NCBI GenBank assembly: GCA_051861325.1
Contig: JBHYCX010000011.1
Span: 6,165 to 70,164 of the forward strand
Direction of reading: 5' to 3'
DNA from: Roseococcus sp.
Lineage (GTDB): Bacteria > Pseudomonadota > Alphaproteobacteria > Acetobacterales > Acetobacteraceae
Length of the DNA stretch: 64,000 nt
Position 1 is the stretch's first letter, and each line of letters begins with the position of its first letter. The translations under genes were made by a program, and so were the position numbers. Positions 58,974-64,000 of this stretch are shown in pieces. Below the pieces are notes generated by a model, which was given only the letters and a program-made list of their open reading frames with translations, made no database searches and was not told where the DNA came from.

Positions 58974-60094
58974 GCGAACCCATCCCCGCCCCGGGCCGCG
59001 GCCGCCCGGGCCCGATGGTGGCGACGCGCCGGCAGCGCACCATGCTCACCATCGGCGTGCTGGCCACGCTGATCTTCGCCTTCTGGCTCTTCTCGGGAAT
59101 CCTGACGCCCTTCGTGCTGGCCATCTGCATCGCCTATTTCCTCGACCCGCTGGCGACGCGCGTCACGCGCCTCGGCGTGCCGCGCGGCGTGGCGGCGATG
59201 GTGCTCGTGTTCATGCTGCTGCTGCTCTGCCTGCTGGCGCTGCTGCTGCTCTATCCGCTCATCATCGCGCAGATCGGCACCCTGCTCGCCCGCCTGCCCG
59301 GCTATGTCGCCACCATCAATGCGGGCCTGCGCGACTTCCTACTCTCGCTGGAGGAAGCGGCCGGGCCCGAGATGGTGGATGCGCGCCTGCGCGAGCTGAT
59401 CATCGGCCAGGCGGGCGCGATGGTGAGCTGGCTCGGCACCGCCGCGACACGGCTGATCGGCGGCGGCTTCGCGCTGTTCAACGTCTTCACGCTCGCCGTC
59501 GTCACCCCCGTGGTCAGCTTCTACCTGCTACGGGACTGGCCGGGCATCATGGCGCGGATGGAAAGCTGGCTGCCCCGCCGCTCCGCCGCTTCGCTCCGGC
59601 AATTGGCGCGCGACATGGACCGCGTGCTCTCCGCCTGGCTGCGCGGGCAATTGCTCTGCTGCCTGGCGCTCGGCGTCTTCTATGCCAGCGCGCTCTCGCT
59701 GATCGGGCTGGAGCTCGGGCTGATGGTGGGGCTGGTCTCGGGCTTCCTGTCCTTCATCCCCTATGTCGGCTCCTTCACCGGCTTCGCGCTCGCGGTGCTG
59801 CTCGCGGTCGGCCAATGGGGCGACTGGAACGGCGTGCTGATGGTGATGGCCGTCTTCGTCACCGGCCAGATCCTGGAGGCCTACATCATCTATCCCCGCC
59901 TGATCGGCGACCGGGTGGAACTGCACGCCGTCTGGGTGATCTTCGCGCTGTTTGCGGGCGGCGTGGCTTTCGGCTTCCTGGGCGTGCTGCTGGCGGTGCC
60001 GATCGCAGCGGCCATCGGCGTGCTGGCGCGCCACTGGCTGCGCCGTTACCTGGAAAGCCCGCTCTACCTCGACCCGCCGAGAACCGGCATTTGA
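58970..60094 (+). CDS. AI-2E (PerM) family transporter
   Basis: Multi-TM, PF...AY.LDP, FIPYVG, HAVWVIFAL. Confidence 0.92.
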   Translation: MSEPIPAPGRGRPGPMVATRRQRTMLTIGVLATLIFAFWLFSGILTPFVLAICIAYFLDPLATRVTRLGVPRGVAAMVLVFMLLLLCLLALLLLYPLIIAQIGTLLARLPGYVATINAGLRDFLLSLEEAAGPEMVDARLRELIIGQAGAMVSWLGTAATRLIGGGFALFNVFTLAVVTPVVSFYLLRDWPGIMARMESWLPRRSAASLRQLARDMDRVLSAWLRGQLLCCLALGVFYASALSLIGLELGLMVGLVSGFLSFIPYVGSFTGFALAVLLAVGQWGDWNGVLMVMAVFVTGQILEAYIIYPRLIGDRVELHAVWVIFALFAGGVAFGFLGVLLAVPIAAAIGVLARHWLRRYLESPLYLDPPRTGI

Positions 60095-60120
60095 CCCAGC
60101 TCGCGATGCCCCTGGAGGGT

Positions 60121-60204
60121 CCGGCCGCAACGCGCCCGCCCCACCCGCACGCCAGCCGCGGCGCGACACCAAGCCGGCGGAGCCGGCGCCCGGCGTTTGA
60201 GGCG
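60121..60204 (-). repeat. Structured intergenic repeat, copy C (divergent, reversed)
   Basis: Reverse complement begins CGCCTCAAACGCCGGGCG-CCGGC-TCC-GCCGG-CTTGG and ends TTGCGGCCGG. Confidence 0.8.
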
Positions 60205-60219
60205 ACAACCCAGGATCAC

Positions 60220-60313
60220 CCGGCCGCACAGCGGCCGGCGCGCCCAGACCGCCCGCCCCACCCGCACACCAGCCACGGCGCGAAGCCAAGCCGGCGCCCG
60301 GCGCTTGAGGGCG
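60220..60313 (-). repeat. Structured intergenic repeat, copy D (reversed, tandem with C)
   Basis: Reverse complement CGCCCTCAAGCGCCGGGCG..TTGGCTTCGC...TGGGCGCGCCGGCCGCTGTGCGGCCGG. Confidence 0.85.
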
Positions 60314-60317
60314 CAAA

Positions 60318-61034
60318 ATGACCATCCCCTCCCAGCTGGCACTCCCCATGGAATCCGCCCCCTCCTTCGCGGCGGCCGATTTCGTCCCCGATGCGAGCAA
60401 TGACGAGGCGCTGCGCTGGCTTTCCGCCCCCGGCCGCTGGCCCGATGGGCGCCTGCTGCTGGCCGGCCCGCCCGGCACCGGCAAGACGCATCTGCTGCAC
60501 GCGACGGCCGAGGCCGAGGGCTGGGCGCTGCTGCGCGGCCCCGACCTCACCGGCCTGCCCGAGGCGCCGACCCGCGGCGTGGCGCTGGACGAGGCCGATC
60601 TGCCCGGCGAGGAAACCGCCCTGCTCCACCTCATGAATGCCTGCGCCGAGGCCCGCCTGCACCTGCTGATGGCAGCACCCCTCCCGCCCTCGCGCTGGCG
60701 GGTGGCGCTGGCCGATCTGCGCTCGCGCCTTGCCGCCACCGCGGTCGCGCAGCTCGACGAGCCTTCGGACGCGCTGCTCGATGCGCTGCTGGCCAAGCAC
60801 GCGGCCGACCGGCAGATCCAGCTCGACCCCGGTCTGCTCGCGGCACTCCGCCGCCGCCTGCCACGCCGCGCGGCGGTGATGGCCGAGGCGGTCGCCCGGC
60901 TCGACCGCGCCTCGCTCGCCGCCGGCCGCCGATTGACCCGCGCCGCCGCGCTCGACGTGCTGGCACCGCTCATGGATGACGGTTCGGAGACATCGGTGCC
61001 GGGACCCATGCCACCCGGCGCGGCCTTGCTGTAG
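60318..61034 (+). CDS. hdaA: DnaA regulatory inactivator HdaA
   Basis: QLAL clamp motif, F.....N..A, GPPGTGKTHL, DLRSRL; between perM and ppk. Confidence 0.85.
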   Translation: MTIPSQLALPMESAPSFAAADFVPDASNDEALRWLSAPGRWPDGRLLLAGPPGTGKTHLLHATAEAEGWALLRGPDLTGLPEAPTRGVALDEADLPGEETALLHLMNACAEARLHLLMAAPLPPSRWRVALADLRSRLAATAVAQLDEPSDALLDALLAKHAADRQIQLDPGLLAALRRRLPRRAAVMAEAVARLDRASLAAGRRLTRAAALDVLAPLMDDGSETSVPGPMPPGAALL

Positions 61035-61043
61035 GTTGCCGCC

Positions 61044-63218
61044 ATGTCCTCCGCCGAAGCCCTTACCCTCCCGCAGCCCGCGCCGCTCAGCGACCCCGGC
61101 CGCTTCTTTAACCGGGAGCTCTCCTGGCTCGACTTCAACACCCGCGTGCTGGAGGAGGCGGCGAACCCGCAGCACCCGTTGCTGGAACGGCTGCGCTTCG
61201 TCGCCATCTCCGGCTCCAACCTCGACGAGTTCTACTCGGTGCGGGTGGCGGGCCTGGTCGGGCAGGAGCGCGAGGGCGTGCAGGCGTTGACGCCCGATGG
61301 CCTCACCCCCACGCAGCAGCTCGCCGCCATCCAGGCGCGCGGCGCCACGCTGATCGAGGGCCAGCAGGAGGCCTGGCGCACGCTGCGCCATCTGCTGCGA
61401 CCGGCGGGCTTCGCCGTGCTCGACGCCGATGAACTGCAGCCGGCCGACATCATCTGGCTCGAGCAGTATTTCCAGGAGCGCATCTTCCCGCTCATCACGC
61501 CGCTCGCGGTGGACCCCGCGCATCCCTTCCCCTTCATCTCGAACCTCGCGCTCTGCATGGTGCTGAAGCTGGTGCGCGAGGAGGATGGCGGGACCATGCG
61601 CGCGCTGGTGACGCTGCCGCCCCAGGTGGACCGCTTCATCCGCATGCCCGCGAGCAGCGAGGGCGGCATCCGCTTCGCCGTGCTGGAGGATGTGGTGGCG
61701 CTGAACCTGCACCACCTCTTCCCCGGCTTCATCCCGGCCGAGCGCGGCCTGTTCCGCCTGATCCGCGACACCGACGTAGAATTCGAGGAAGAGGCAGAGG
61801 ACCTGGTGCGCAGCTACGAGACGGCGCTGAAGCGGCGCCGCCGCGGCCGTGCCATCCGCCTCGCCGTGGATGGGCGCATGCCGTCCGACATGATTGATTT
61901 CGTGGCGGAGGAGCTGGACGCCGACCGCTCGGCGGTCTTCGCCGTGGATGGGCTGCTCGGGGTCGCCGACCTCAAGGCGCTCATCGTGGATGACCGGCCG
62001 GACCTGCTCTTCACGCCCTACACGCCGCGCTTCCCCGAGCGCATCCTGGATTTCGGCGGCGACTGCTTCGCGGCCATCCGCACCAAGGACATCGTGGTCC
62101 ATCACCCCTACGAATCCTTCGACGTGGTGGTGCAGTTCCTGCGGCAGGCGGCGCGCGATCCGAATGTGGTCGGCATCAAGCAGACGCTGTATCGCACGAG
62201 CCGCGACAGCCCGATCGCCCGCGCGCTGATCGAGGCGGCGGAGGCCGGCAAATCCGTCACCGCCATGGTGGAGCTGAAGGCCCGCTTCGACGAGGAGCGC
62301 AACATCTCCATCGCGCGGGAACTCGAAGCCGCCGGCGTGCAGGTCGTCTATGGCTTCGTGGAGCTCAAGACCCACGCCAAGATCAGCCTCGTCATCCGCC
62401 GCGAGGGTGCCAATCTGCGCAGCTACGCGCATTTCGGCACGGGCAACTACCACCCGATCACGGCGCGCATCTACACCGACCTCAGCTTCTTCACGGCCGA
62501 TCCGACCCTGACGCGTGATGCCTCCAAACTCTTCAACTACATGACCGGCTATGCCCGGCCCGAGGCGATGGAGCGGCTCGCCTTCGCGCCGCTCACCATC
62601 CGCCCTTCGCTGATGGGGCTGATCGAGCAGGAGATCGCCTTCGCGACCGCGGGCAAGCCCGCGGGCATCTGGCTCAAGATGAACAGCCTGGTGGACAGCG
62701 AACTGATTGACGCGCTTTACCGCGCGAGCATGGCGGGCGTGCGCATCGAATGCGTGGTGCGCGGCATCTGCTGCCTGCGCCCGGGCGTGCCGGGCCTGTC
62801 CGAGAATATCCGCGTGAAGAGCATCGTCGGCCGCTTCCTGGAGCACAGCCGCATCTACTGCTTCGGCAATGGCCACCGTCTGCCGTCCCGCCGCGCCCGC
62901 GTCTTCATCTCCAGCGCGGACTGGATGGCGCGCAACATGGATTGGCGCGTCGAGACCATGGTGCCGGTCGAGAACGCGACCGTGCATGCCCAGGTGCTGG
63001 ACCAGATCATGGTAGTGAACCTGCGTGACGCGGCGCAGAGCTGGGACCTGGAGCCCGATGGAAGCTGGCGGCGCCGCACGCCCGACCCGCGCCAATTCTC
63101 GGCGCATGAGTATTTCATGACCAACCCCTCCCTCTCGGGCCGGGGCAGCGCACTCCACGCGCCGCCGCCCCGCGCCTCAGGACGCCGCCCCAAGACGGAT
63201 CGGCTGCACCAGGATTGA
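61044..63218 (+). CDS. ppk1: Polyphosphate kinase 1
   Basis: [59 protein letters not shown]. Confidence 0.98.
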   Translation: MSSAEALTLPQPAPLSDPGRFFNRELSWLDFNTRVLEEAANPQHPLLERLRFVAISGSNLDEFYSVRVAGLVGQEREGVQALTPDGLTPTQQLAAIQARGATLIEGQQEAWRTLRHLLRPAGFAVLDADELQPADIIWLEQYFQERIFPLITPLAVDPAHPFPFISNLALCMVLKLVREEDGGTMRALVTLPPQVDRFIRMPASSEGGIRFAVLEDVVALNLHHLFPGFIPAERGLFRLIRDTDVEFEEEAEDLVRSYETALKRRRRGRAIRLAVDGRMPSDMIDFVAEELDADRSAVFAVDGLLGVADLKALIVDDRPDLLFTPYTPRFPERILDFGGDCFAAIRTKDIVVHHPYESFDVVVQFLRQAARDPNVVGIKQTLYRTSRDSPIARALIEAAEAGKSVTAMVELKARFDEERNISIARELEAAGVQVVYGFVELKTHAKISLVIRREGANLRSYAHFGTGNYHPITARIYTDLSFFTADPTLTRDASKLFNYMTGYARPEAMERLAFAPLTIRPSLMGLIEQEIAFATAGKPAGIWLKMNSLVDSELIDALYRASMAGVRIECVVRGICCLRPGVPGLSENIRVKSIVGRFLEHSRIYCFGNGHRLPSRRARVFISSADWMARNMDWRVETMVPVENATVHAQVLDQIMVVNLRDAAQSWDLEPDGSWRRRTPDPRQFSAHEYFMTNPSLSGRGSALHAPPPRASGRRPKTDRLHQD

Positions 63219-63222
63219 TGTG

Positions 63223-64000
63223 ATGGCGTCTTCGCCCCAGCACCCGCCGCGTTTCGGCGTGGTGGATCTCGGCTCCAACTCGGTTCGCCTCGTGGTCTAT
63301 GAGGGGCTGCTGCGGAACCCGCATGCCATCTTCAACGAAAAGGCGGTGCTGGGCCTCGGCCGCGGGCTGCACAGCACGGGCCTGCTGAACGAGGAAGCGG
63401 CGGCGCAGACGCTGACCGTGCTCGGCCGCTACCATGCCCTGGCCCGCGGCATGGGGGCGGATCCCGTGGAGGTGCTGGCGACCGCCGCGGTGCGCGATGC
63501 GACCAACGGCCCCGCCTTCATGGCAGGCCTCGCGCAGGTGATGCCCGGGGCGCGCATCACCATCCTCTCCGGCGATGAGGAGGCGCGCTTCTCGGCCCAG
63601 GGCCTGCTGCTCGGCGTGCCGCAGGCCGATGGCGTGCTGGGCGATCTCGGCGGCGGTTCGCTCGAACTGGTGCGCCTGGTGCAGGGGCGGATCATGGAGA
63701 CGGCCTCCCTGCCGCTGGGCACCATTCGCCTGGCTGATCGCGCCGAGGGCGATATCGCACGCGCGCGCAGCATCGCGGAGGCGGAGCTCAAGCGCGTGCC
63801 GTGGCTGGGTGCGACACCAGTGAAGGACCTGTTCCTGGTGGGCGGCACCTTCCGCGCGCTGGCGCGGATCCATATCGCGCAGACCGGCTATCCGCTGGCC
63901 ATCGTGCATCACTACGCGATCCGGCGCGAGGAAGCGCGGGACCTCGCGGGCGTGGTCATGAACGCGCCGCGCAAGTCGCTGGAGCGCATGCCCGCCGCCC
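63223..64000 (+). CDS. ppx: Ppx/GppA exopolyphosphatase (runs off window end)
   Basis: VVDLGSNSVRL, ATAAVRDA.N, SGDEEA, DLGGGSLE, PLG, GGTFR. Confidence 0.94.
   Translation, partial: MASSPQHPPRFGVVDLGSNSVRLVVYEGLLRNPHAIFNEKAVLGLGRGLHSTGLLNEEAAAQTLTVLGRYHALARGMGADPVEVLATAAVRDATNGPAFMAGLAQVMPGARITILSGDEEARFSAQGLLLGVPQADGVLGDLGGGSLELVRLVQGRIMETASLPLGTIRLADRAEGDIARARSIAEAELKRVPWLGATPVKDLFLVGGTFRALARIHIAQTGYPLAIVHHYAIRREEARDLAGVVMNAPRKSLERMPAA

Noticed and set aside
13498-60313. CRISPR interpretation of the repeats
   Set aside because: Copies are dispersed, about 100 bp, degenerate, without regular spacers or cas genes
60216-63158. 980-aa minus-strand ORF, and similar long antisense ORFs over guaA, nrdA, nrdB, htpG and purM
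   Set aside because: Shadow frames of high-GC genes; no recognisable motifs, and the opposite strand carries well-conserved proteins

Overview
GC-rich alphaproteobacterial chromosome segment; gene content and synteny suggest Acetobacteraceae (Roseomonas/Roseococcus-like), which is an inference. It is mostly housekeeping (guaB...guaA, nrdAB, htpG, ndk, purNM, hdaA, ppk1, ppx) mixed with catabolic and transport modules: four Bug/TctC receptors, two CoA-transferase + CitE-like lyase clusters, rutBCD with NMT1-type ABC transport, and a two-component system fused into a DevBCA-type exporter operon. No tRNA, rRNA, CRISPR array, integrase or transposase was seen. The most notable items are: (1) a low-GC RxxxxH (HEPN-like) gene inserted directly after guaA, colliding with an orphan, apparently truncated vapB; (2) a ~100-bp structured intergenic repeat in four copies with compensatory stem changes; (3) a 180-bp REPIN/MITE-like element between nrdA and nrdB; (4) an RTG-type class A beta-lactamase inside the gua cluster; (5) a candidate guanidine riboswitch upstream of sugE/gdx; (6) rutBCD without rutA; (7) a secreted GH75-like protein; (8) a PEP-CTERM gene with a sigma-54 promoter and enhancer. 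All family calls come from motif recognition by eye, not database searches.
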